A DNA stretch of 13,914 nt. It comes from Octopus sinensis. Its lineage: Eukaryota. Below, piece by piece: positions 1 to 9,149 of the stretch (within the stretch, counting starts at the first letter, position 1; each line of letters opens with the position of its first letter). The translations under genes and the position numbers were made by a program. The DNA lies in NCBI RefSeq assembly GCF_006345805.1, contig NW_021826050.1:1-13914 (forward strand), in the 5' to 3' direction. Below the pieces are notes generated by a model. The model did not search any database. It was not told the DNA's origin and saw only the letters and a program-made list of their open reading frames with translations.

Positions 1-46
1 CTATCTATCTATCTATCTATCTATCTATTTATCAATCTATCTATTT
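1..46. repeat. (CTAT)n microsatellite, cut by the window edge
   Basis: Seven perfect CTAT units from base 1, then degenerate units. Confidence 0.95.
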
Positions 47-641
47 ATCAGTTTGTCTGTGTATATGTTTGTATTAATGTCTATCAAGCAATCTACCCCC
101 CCACACACACGGATACATATACAGATACATGTATATATGTACATATGTATGTATTTGTATGTATGTTCGTGTCTTTTGCGTGTGTTTTTATAAGTACACA
201 TACGTACAAAATAAAAGCGCTTATTCAACAAACCATCCTCGATTCACATTTACACACATACCAGTGCTTATAAAATATTTATAACTTCAACACAAAACAT
301 ACATACTCACATACATACATATACTTTCCGACTAAATCGCTGAAATTTTTACATAAATTTTTGTAATAAACTTCAAGAAATAGTGATATATATATTTAAA
401 ATTAATTATTTATTTGAACATAGATATAAACGAAATTAAGAAAGAATTCTCATTATACATGAGTGGATCTGTGTAGGTGTGGGGGTGTTTTATGGGAAAT
501 ATGTATATATGTAATGTCAAAATGCATTGTAAATAAACTACGACAGGATAAAATCCGTACAAAGTATTATGAGTGTGCAACCGGATGGGACACAAACACA
601 GAAGGTCCCTAATTCAAATGGTAACACTCAGTTTCGCAGCG

Positions 642-671
<30 letters not shown>

Positions 672-686
<15 letters not shown>

Positions 687-942
687 ATGCGCCCTTTTAA
701 AGCTTAGCTATGCTCATGGGCCCGGTTTCCTGGTTTCAATGGCGTATGCGTTCGCCAGCTGAACAGGACGAAAGTCCATCGCAGCGTTACTCATTTTTGC
801 CAGCTGAGTAGACTGGGGCAACGTGAAATGAAGTGTTTTGCATAAGAACACAACGCGTCGCCCGGTCCAAGAACCGAAACCACAAACCACAATCTTACGA
901 TCAAGATGCTGACACCCTTACGACTAACCCACGCGCCTCCAC
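672..942 (-). mobile_element. tRNA-derived SINE, type A, near full length
   Basis: Minus strand starts GTGGAGGCGCGTGGGTTAGTCG (A-box-like), has a degenerate B-box GGTTTCGGTTC, then a body TTGTGTTCTTATGCAAAACACTTCATTTCACGTTGCCCCAGT, a 3' module GAAACCAGGAAACCGGGCCCATGAGC and a (TAT)n tail. The body is shared with 1391-1717 and 10516-10922; the 3' module is shared with 9399-9666. Confidence 0.85.
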
Positions 943-1044
943 TATATATATATATATATACATACACATACAAACATTAACATACGTATGTATGCATATA
1001 ACCATGTACTTATGTATACATGCATATACAAACTTACCTGTCCA

Positions 1045-1180
1045 CCTACCTACCTACCTACCTACCTACCTACCTACCTACCTACATACATACATACATA
1101 CATACATACATACATACATACATACATACATACATACATACATACATACATACATACAGAATACGTACGTACGTACGTAC
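1045..1180. repeat. Compound tetranucleotide microsatellite (CCTA)10(CATA)18...(CGTA)4
   Basis: Units counted directly: 1045-1084, 1085-1156, 1164-1179. Confidence 0.97.
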
Positions 1181-1390
1181 TTACGCACTTCCCTATATGT
1201 ATGCATGTTCTGCTGACGTGAATATCCCTTCGAAATGAAAGTGGATATCCAAAAGAAATTGCTTCGAGGCTACCGCTTTCTTTATGCAGATTACAAACTT
1301 ATATTTATACCAATAATAAATTCTTCACTTGATTTTCTGAATAAAAGCCTGATTGACAATTTGGATTAGCTATGCTTTTCAGAAAAAGAA

Positions 1391-1717
1391 ATGAATGAAT
1401 GGTAATGAATGACCATGGCATTGCACCTAGAAACTTACTCTTTAAGGCACAAGTCACAGCAAGGTTGTTTTATGGAAGACCAGCAGTCGCCCATGTATAT
1501 CAGACTTCCTTCTAAGATAAGACCGATGTTATCCATGGAAAAGGCGAAGGCTGATACAGCTTTGGACCAGTGACGTCGCAACTTATTGCTACAGCTGTGA
1601 GAACTGGAGCAACGTGAAATAAAGTACCTTGCTCTTGAAGACAACATACAGCCCGGTTCCAGAATCGAACACACTGCCTCATGATTGTAAGCCCAACGCT
1701 CTAATTACTGAGCCATG
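1391..1717 (-). mobile_element. tRNA-derived SINE, type D (copy D1)
   Basis: Minus strand: CATGGCTCAGTAATTAG (A-box), GTTCGATTC (B-box), the same body as type A, then GGATAACATCGG ... TTTCTAGGTGCAATGCCATGGTCATTCAT. Both of these 3' motifs recur in the copy at 10516-10922. Confidence 0.85.
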
Positions 1718-1932
1718 TTCATTCATAAAGCCTCTAATATAGTTGCTAGTATATTATAGTTGCATAACGAAATTTCGGACAACCAACAAGTAATTAAAGC
1801 CCTTCGCAAAATATATGAACAGGCTATGAGAAGGCTATTAGATCGCTGCTTGACCAAATAGAATGAGCAGATAAAAATTCAATCTTTGATGATGCTCATG
1901 CTCAAAGTATCCCAGCCAAACCTAGGATATTT

Positions 1933-2010
1933 GGTAATGGCTAGAACGCTTTTTGTTATAGGTCTGTTTCATCACGGCTGGCACTGGTGCTGAATAAAAA
2001 CAGTAACAAA
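1933..2010 (-). mobile_element. Degenerate interspersed repeat fragment, type E, class unknown
   Basis: Reverse complement shares CCAGT(G)CCAGCCGT and AAAG..GTTC...CCAT..CC with 9165-9230. Similarity is weak. Confidence 0.3.
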
Positions 2011-2329
2011 GAGATTGTTTTGTAAACCCATCAAAACAGATAACGGGGAAAAAGAAGAATCTCATACCTAGATTAAGTTTAGCGGAAAGAAATGGTGTTA
2101 TATTACCAATTGCACATTTTCTAATAACTTACTAGGACATGTATTGGTCATAATTAAGGGACAGTCATCCACTTGTCAATCTTTCAGAATACAACAATAA
2201 AAAAACAACAACATCATAAATGATAATAATGATAATAATATTGTCGTCCCACCTAGCTCTCGCCCTGTCAACAATTCTTAATTATTATGTTATTAGTTTA
2301 TTGTGTATATGCGCATATGCATCTTTGTA

Positions 2330-2334
2330 TATAC

Positions 2335-2378
<44 letters not shown>

Positions 2379-2556
2379 GTATATACATACATACATATAT
2401 ACATACATACAAACATTTGTACATACATACATACATACATACATACATACATACATACATCATACATGCATACATATATATATACACACATATATGTATG
2501 CTTATATATATATATACATATATATATATATGTGTGTGTGTGTGCGTGTGTGTGTA

Positions 2557-2587
<31 letters not shown>

Positions 2588-2606
2588 ATGTATATGTGTG
2601 TGTGTG
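2330..2606. repeat. Compound (TA)n/(CATA)n/(TG)n microsatellite
   Basis: Direct reading. It generates all the YI/HT/VC-rich ORFs at 2220-2669. Confidence 0.95.
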
Positions 2607-2931
2607 TCTTCCAATTCCGTACCTCATTGGCATCTGTTCTTGTCAATTCTGACAACAACTAGCGGCTGATATTGTCAGCACAGGAAACCACCATCTCTGT
2701 TATAAGCTCATTAAATGTGCCAGATTTCCTGAGAACTATGGCATTCCCAGATGTTTTTCTGGTGACACTAATGTGTCCACTACATTTTGCCATCCATTTT
2801 CTATGATTTGCATTATGCAGTATGGTCTACCGGTGCACAATGTACACATTATGGGCTTTCTGAGAGACATTGAGGAATCTGAAAATCGGAATAAATTTTA
2901 GTAGAGGTTCTGTCGGTGTATGTGCTTGTTG

Positions 2932-3255
<324 letters not shown>

Positions 3256-3360
3256 TTTTTTTTTTTTATAAAGGAATGTATGCCTATATACTTGTATTTA
3301 TGCGTGTATAAATATGTGCATATATGTGGGAGTTTCTGTGTATATATATAGATATATATA

Positions 3361-3575
3361 TTAATCCTTTGTACTATATGCACAAGGCTTGTAATTTTGG
3401 GTGACGGCGCTAGGAGATTACATCGAAGCAGTACAAAAATGTTATTGGTTCTGTCGACCTGAAAATATGAATGGCAAAGTTGACCTCGGCGGTTTTTGAA
3501 CTCAGACAGCAAAGACGGGCGAAACGGAGCTAATCTAACGATTCCGTTCTAACGATCCCGTCAGCTCGCAGCCTT
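3361..3575 (-). mobile_element. tRNA-derived SINE, type B (copy B1)
   Basis: Plus strand GGCAAAGTTGACCTCGGCGGTTTTTGAACTCAG is the reverse complement of the B core CTGAGTTCAAATTCCGCCGAGGTCGACTTTGCC. The 3' end CACAAGGC and 5' end AGCTCGCAGCCTT match the other B copies. Confidence 0.85.
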
Positions 3576-3730
3576 ATAGATGCTTATTAATATACTTATG
3601 AATATGCAAAGGAAATACACACATACACATGGATATGAGGGGATATATGCTTACATACGTACATGTATGAATAATCGCATGCATACACAAACACATATAT
3701 GTATATATAAACTTTCTCTCTTTTCTTTTA

Positions 3731-3970
3731 CTCTTTTACTTGTTTCAGTCATTTAACTGTGGCCATGCCGGAGCACCGCCTTCAGTCGAACGAATCGACC
3801 CCAGGACATACTTATTCTTGGTAAGTCTAGTACTTATTCTATCGGTCCTTTTTGCCGAACCATTAAGTTACGGGGACGTAAACACACCAGCACCGGTTGT
3901 CAAGCGATGTTGGGAGGACAAACACAGATACAAATATACACAACATACATACCTAATATATATATATTAT

Positions 3971-4008
<38 letters not shown>

Positions 4009-4181
4009 ACATATATACGACGGGCTTCTTTCAGTTTCCGCCTACCACATCCACTCACAAGGCTTTGGTCGGCCCGAGGCTATAGTAGAAGACACTTGCC
4101 CAAGGTGTCACGCAGTAGGACTCAACGTGGAACTATGTGATTCCTAAGCAAGCTACTTACCACGCAGCCACTCCTACGCCT
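3731..4181 (-). mobile_element. tRNA-derived SINE, type C, with an internal (CA)/(TA) microsatellite
   Basis: Minus strand starts AGGCGTAGGAGTGGCTGCGTGGTAAG (A-box-like) and GTTGAGTCC (B-box-like), followed by CCTTGGGCAAGTGTCTT (reminiscent of the CORE-SINE GGGCAAG motif), a microsatellite at about 3921-4017, and a 3' region that shares a domain with type B. Only one copy is in the window, so the call rests on structure and recall. Confidence 0.75.
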
Positions 4182-4183
4182 AT

Positions 4184-4184
4184 G

Positions 4185-4219
<35 letters not shown>

Positions 4220-4410
4220 TCTATAAATATATATCTATTCATATATCTATATATACACACACATACATACACCATAGAAAAATCACGAGTGCATATATTG
4301 ATGCATGCATCTAAACAGGCATATACAGATATGAATCTGTCCATCCATACATCTAGCCACACATCCATCAATCCATCAATCCATCCATACATACATACAT
4401 ACGTACATAT
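4184..4410. repeat. Compound (CA)n/(TA)n/(CCAT)n/(CATA)n microsatellite
   Basis: Direct reading. Confidence 0.9.
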
Positions 4411-4609
4411 TTAACATAACATAACACACATAGCTATAATCCGTCAGTCGAATTAAATTGCTTTAATCATAAATCTTCGCCTGTCTAGTGATTGAGTTTA
4501 GTTGTATTTTCCATTGAGTTTTCCATTTTTTTTTTTATGTATTAAATATTTCAGCTCGTCTTTTAAATATTTATAGTCACACCCCGTTTCGAGATAGAAA
4601 TAGTTGTGT

Positions 4610-4719
4610 CTTTTGAATAATTACCAAAGTAATTGCTGTTTCAGAGAGCGAAACAGACTTACGTACATACGCTCGCTGAAACATGCTCTTATATATTTAC
4701 GTTATACTTTTGAATAATT
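4610..4719. other. Hairpin (13/14-bp inverted repeat) bracketed by a 13-bp perfect direct repeat
   Basis: Arms TGTTTCAGAGAGCG (4637-4650) and CGCTCGCTGAAACA (4670-4683). CTTTTGAATAATT occurs at 4610-4622 and 4707-4719. Confidence 0.7.
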
Positions 4720-4767
4720 TACGTATAGCAATGGCATGGCTGGTTGTTGTTTTTTTTTCATTCAAAG

Positions 4768-4863
4768 TACGTGTGTGTATGTGTGTGTGTGTGTGTGTGA
4801 GTGTGTGTGTGTATAGATATGTACACACACACATATAATATATGATATATAATATATAAGATA

Positions 4864-4895
<32 letters not shown>

Positions 4896-4962
4896 TATAT
4901 ATATAAATGTGCGTGTGTGTGTATATATATATATATACATACATATATACATATAAATATGC

Positions 4963-5011
<49 letters not shown>

Positions 5012-5030
5012 AAGGGAAAGAGAGAGTGTG
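4768..5030. repeat. (TG)n/(TA)n compound microsatellite
   Basis: Direct reading. Confidence 0.95.
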
Positions 5031-5094
5031 TGTGATGTGGAGAGAAACAAAGGGTGTGACACAAAGTTATGTGTCTCTGTATATATCTGTAAGC

Positions 5095-5178
5095 ATATAT
5101 GTATGCGTGTACGTATATATATTATAATAATATATACATACTACATATATATATGTATATATATATATATATATATAT

Positions 5179-5224
<46 letters not shown>

Positions 5225-5320
5225 GTAAGTAAATATATGCGTGTGTTTGTTTGTTTGTTTGGGGCTAGTGTGTGTTTGTTTGTTGTTTGTTTGTGGTTAG
5301 TGCCTGTGTGTGTGTGTGTC
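5095..5320. repeat. (TA)n, (TATG)n, (TTTG)n, (TG)n compound microsatellite
   Basis: Direct reading. Confidence 0.9.
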
Positions 5321-5765
5321 TTCTGCTTGTGGTTGTATGCATTTTTCATGTCCGTACATTTGAATAAGTGCGATTATGTACGATTATATGACGACGTATA
5401 TTTTCGCTTTATGTATTTTTATTACGTTAAGTATCTCACTTCATAATTTAGTTTGCAAGGTTTTCTATAGAAATTTGCATATGAAAATACTTGTAAACAA
5501 TTACTATTTGAAAGTGATATATTATTTTTGTAAGTCTTTATTTGAACGAATACTTATTTAGTATTGATTTTTCTATTCCCAACGCCATAGATATTTGGGT
5601 CAATCCTGAAATTCTTCATATTTATTCAATGATTCCAATAAAGATAATAAATGGTAATTTCTTGTGCTAACTTTACGGATCTTCTACACTGTCTCTTGTG
5701 TTACTAAAAATAACAGATGAATCTCCCTTCAATTGTACATTCTTTAGAAAATATGCATTAAATAT

Positions 5766-6045
5766 TGTGGAATAACGCTGAGGCAAGTATAGAAGTTTAC
5801 GCATCCCGGGGTCATCTTTGCGTATGATAGGAAGCAGGATGCTAGATTTCCAGGGGTTGGCACTGTAATGCTTTAATTCCAGAAGAGCCGTTACTCCAGC
5901 TCCAGCATTCGATAACCAAAATTTCTCTCTTCATTTCGGATTTCGTGCGTATTCTCACTTTTGTCATGAATGTTGGGCAATGTCGGAAAATATACGAAGG
6001 CGAATACGAGCGGCCGAAAGTGGGTTTCTCCCGAAGATCTCTGGA
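5766..6045 (+). mobile_element. RTE-clade non-LTR retrotransposon remnant (post-RT/thumb region), copy 1
   Basis: Manual translation with stops and frameshifts: CGITLRQV*KFTHPGVIFAYDRKQD ... KISLFISDFVRILTF/HECWAMSENIRRRIRAAESGFLPKISG. This matches the RTE/Rex3 pattern QVEEFKYLGVLF ... LTYGHExWVMTERxRSRIQAAEMxFLRRVAG. Confidence 0.85.
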
Positions 6046-6122
6046 TGAAAAGCAAAGTTGGTATCAGTTTAATTTGAACTCGGAATTATAATGTACCGAA
6101 AAAATGCTACAAAGCTCTAACG
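6043..6122 (-). mobile_element. SINE type B fragment (copy B2, degenerate)
   Basis: GGATGAAAAGCAAAGTTGGTATCAGTTTAATTTGAACTCGGAA aligns with GGATGAAATGCAAAGTCGACCTTAGTAGAATTTGAACACAGAA at 7441-7483. Confidence 0.6.
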
Positions 6123-6617
6123 CAGTAGTTCTCAACCTGGGTCCATGTGGATTTTTTTTTGTGGGGTTGAGGTCCTCACAACAAAATAATAAATCGGGGA
6201 TCAACAATAGTATTTTAAGGGCCCCTAAAAATATTTTTCTTTAGATGAATGTATTGGTACGTATTGCAAAATATCAGCTAAAAAATCTCAGAAGGGTTTT
6301 TTTGGTGCGTGTTTGTGTGTGTGTGTGGGGGGGGGGGGGTCCATGTTACAAAATAGTAAATTGGGGATCAACTATATTATTTTAAGGGATACTGAAAAAA
6401 AATTGCTTTGGATGTATGACAAGGATCAGTGAGGTTTCTTTATGTAACATTCTACATAGTTCAGCCTACACAGCCTGCGACAAAAAAGCATGATAGGAAT
6501 ATTGAAAGAAGTTTATATAAAACTAGTTTTTAAACATCGAATGGCGATGGGGGTCCACCAAAATAAAATAATTATCAAAGGGGTTCATAGATTAAAAAAA
6601 ATGTCTGTGAACCCCTG
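6123..6617. mobile_element. Non-autonomous hAT (Charlie-like) DNA transposon
   Basis: Left end CAGTAGTTCTCAACC; right end reverse complement CAGGGGTTCACAGAC (10/15 match). This is typical of CAGKGGTTCTCAA hAT-Charlie termini. GGTCC motifs repeat internally and there is no ORF. An 8-bp TSD is not recognisable (CTCTAACG vs CCGCATTG). Confidence 0.65.
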
Positions 6618-6653
6618 CCGCATTGCTGTTTTATAAGTGTTTCTAATTTTGTC

Positions 6654-6880
6654 AAGGCGGCCAGCTGACAGAAACGTTAGCACGCCGGACGAAATGCGTA
6701 GCCGTATTTCGTCAGCCGTTACGTTCTGAGTTCAAATTCCGCCGAGGTCGACTTTGCCTTTCATCCGTTCGGGGTCGATAAATTAAGTACCAGTTACGCA
6801 CCAGTGTAATAGTCTTAATACCTTTGTCTGTCCTTGTTTGTTCCCTCTGTGTTTAGCCCCTTGTGGGTAGTAAAGAAGTA
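6654..6880 (+). mobile_element. SINE type B (copy B3) with an alternative 3' end
   Basis: AAGGCGGCCAGCTGACAGAAACGTTAGC head, GAGTTCAAATTCC B-box, core GAGGTCGACTTTGCCTTTCATCCGTTCGGGGTCGATAAATTAAGTACCAG. The 3' part (CTTTGTCTGTCCTTGTTTG...GCCCCTTGTGGGTAGTAAAG) differs from other B copies. Confidence 0.9.
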
Positions 6881-7075
6881 TAATTTTGTCACAATCACAA
6901 AAATTTTAATCGGAGGGGCAAGTTTATTACATCAACCCCAGTGGGATGGAACTTCATTTTATCGACCATAAAAGGATGAATGATAAGGATGACTTTGGTG
7001 TTAGTTTGAAGTCAGATTGTAAACAGCCGAAGCTAATGCCGCTAAGCATTTTGTCCGGTGCTTTAGCGATTCTGT
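6881..7075 (-). mobile_element. SINE type B (copy B4, degenerate)
   Basis: ATTACATCAACCCCAGT, TTTTATCGACC, AAAGGATGAA and GCTAAGCATTTTGTCCGGTG...AGCGATTCTG are colinear with B5. Confidence 0.7.
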
Positions 7076-7094
7076 ACTCTGTTCACAAATAAAG

Positions 7095-7311
7095 ATAATA
7101 GTCCATTCTGCTATAGGCACAAGGTCTGAAATTTTGTGGGAGTAGGTAACCCGATTACATCGACCCCAATGCTGAATTATTATTTTATAGACCCTGAAAG
7201 GATAGAAGGCAAAGTCGACGTCGGCGGAATTTGAACTCAGAACATAAAGCCGGAAGAAATACTTTTAGGATTTTGTCCGGTGCGATGGCGATTCTGCCAG
7301 ATCACCGCCTT
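7095..7311 (-). mobile_element. SINE type B (copy B5)
   Basis: Core 7190-7243 is 49/54 identical to the reverse complement of 6723-6776. The 5' end GCCAGATCACCGCCTT is present. Confidence 0.9.
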
Positions 7312-7328
7312 GCTAATAATAATAATAA

Positions 7329-7502
7329 TTATTATTATCATTTCAAATTTTTGCCTCAAGGGCAGCTTGGTGGAGGTGGGGATTAAGTCGATTTCATCTA
7401 CCCCAGTGTTCAACTGGTACTTAATTTATCGCTTCCGAAAGGATGAAATGCAAAGTCGACCTTAGTAGAATTTGAACACAGAACATAGCGGCAGACGAAA
7501 TA
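7329..7502 (-). mobile_element. SINE type B (copy B6), missing its 5' head
   Basis: AAGTCGATTTCATCTACCCCAGTGTTCAACTGGTACTTAATTTATCG...GGATGAAATGCAAAGTCGACC...TTTGAACACAGAAC; it stops at GACGAAATA, where the LINE remnant begins. Confidence 0.85.
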
Positions 7503-7511
7503 AATAGTTGA

Positions 7512-8140
7512 GAAGAAAGTACCGAAGATGAGAAACCTAATGCTGAAGAAGCTAAAAAGTTCTGGAGTAATGTTTGGGATAAGCCAGTCAATCATAATGG
7601 AAATGCTGCATGTTTAAAAAAAGGTGAAGGAAGAAGTAGTGAGTGAGAAGCAGTCAGATCTAAGACTAACTAGTGCATTGACGAGTAAAGTGTTAGGAAG
7701 ACTGCCGAAAGTTGGAAGGACCAAATTTAGTTGAAAGTTACTGGTTAAAGAAATTTAGTAGCTTCCTTATGAGACTGTAGGAACAACGTCAGGCTTACCT
7801 GAATTGAAGAGTTATACCGAACTGGATGAGTAGAGGGAGAACAGTACTCCTTATGAAAGAGAAAAGCAAGGGCTATACACCTACTAAGTTTAGACCAAAC
7901 ATTTGCTTATAATTTGTGTGGTAGTTGTTAACAGGAATGTTCCCAGAAAGCATTTACGGGTACGTTGACAGCTGGAATTTGCTGCCTGAAGAATACACAC
8001 ACACATATATATATATATATAGAAGGTTAGAGGAACACCTGATCTATTATGTATAGATAAAACCATTCTAAATGAAATAAAACATAGAAAGAAAAATTTA
8101 ACAATACCATGAATAGACTACAAGAAAGCCTATAATTATA
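7512..8140 (+). mobile_element. R4/Dong-type non-LTR retrotransposon, degraded reverse transcriptase fragment
   Basis: Manual translation: EDEKPNAEEAKKFWSNVWDKPVNHNGNA ... GPNLVESYWLKKFSSFLMRL*EQ ... IPNWMSRGRTVLLMKEKSKGYTPTKFRPNICL*FVW*LLTG ... NLLPEE[microsatellite]RGTPDLLCIDKTILNEIKHRKKNLTIP*IDYKKAY. These are RT domains 0-3 (GPD, NYRPITCL, LPEEQKG, WIDYKKAYD) in the R4/Dong style. Multiple stops and frameshifts. Confidence 0.88.
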
Positions 8141-9149
8141 GTGATTGTGTTCTGGAGGACCTTGGATGGATCGCCAATCAGGTATAAGCGTGTCGTGTTG
8201 TAAAATATTTGTGTTGCATATTCAAATTTTTTTCTGCTTCTGTATAAATCCAATGTGGAATTTCCAAGAATATGTTTCGGAATATTCCCTGTCAATTTCA
8301 TGGCTGGATGTCAAAAGATATTCCGCCTCTTAGCATCCTGTGTTTGCTATCCAATGTGACCTCCTATATTTAAGATTGTAATTTGTAACGTGGGGAAAAT
8401 TTGTCTTCCCTTTTTAGCATGTTATAATTAAGCGTAATGTATTATTCCTTATGTCTTATATATCGGAAGCCACAAATTTCGTCTAGGCAGACGGCTGGGA
8501 GTACACGTCTTTGCCCAAAAAGGCCGAGATGCATCTGGCTGGAAGAATTTTCATCTCACTTCGCTACATATTGCGTTTAATCGCAGCACGTCCATGAGAG
8601 ATTTTATCTCAGACAAAAACAGTAACATCTCACCTGTCAAAGATGTATATACATTAAATATGACACATAGATGGCTATTTTAATTAAATGTATTTATATT
8701 AGATTCCACCTTCCCTCGGGGATTTAGGACAATATTTACTGCAAAAACGTTCAAATTAGAATGCATTAATTAATACAAGACTAAACTATTGTTTTAATTG
8801 CGACAACACTTTTTTCTACCAAGAATTTCCTCTGTTTATTCTTTATATTAAAAAGATATATACCTCCCCCCCCCCACTTGATACGAAATAAAGAATGCAT
8901 TTGAATGAAGCAAAATATTCTGTAAGCTTTCTTTATAAATATCTGTACTTATGTTTGGCGACAAAAATATTTTCCATTTATATAGCATGAAGAATACGGG
9001 AAAATCTCAAGCATACATAGAAAGACATGCAGAAATAATCGATTTATTCATTCAACTCAAGATAAATACAAGACTAAACTACCTAGAACTGAAGACTATG
9101 ATGTAGGTGCCCTTTAAGTCAGTATTTATGCGATACAGTTGATGTTGCT

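Noticed and set aside
791-1674. Similar peptides in ORFs 791-973, 1435-1674 and 10400-10597 (PG..LCS...FISRC)
   Set aside because: The similarity comes from the shared SINE A/D body, not from a protein family.
2653-2901. 82-codon stop-free frame (+) in a non-repetitive island, [30 protein letters not shown]...ENRNKF, a possible exon
   Set aside because: No recognisable domain, no early start codon and no convincing splice donor. A few open frames of this length are expected by chance in a window this size. RNA-seq or tblastn could rescue it.
6700-6745. tRNA-like A/B boxes here and at 10516-10572, 1660-1717 and 4120-4181
   Set aside because: No complete cloverleaf is evident and each continues into a SINE body, so they are SINE heads and not tRNA genes.
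8098-8333. Overlapping 62-67 aa ORFs after the R4/Dong remnant; LYLIGD resembles a Harbinger nuclease motif
   Set aside because: A single short motif without the surrounding conserved residues. I could not match any frame to a known family.
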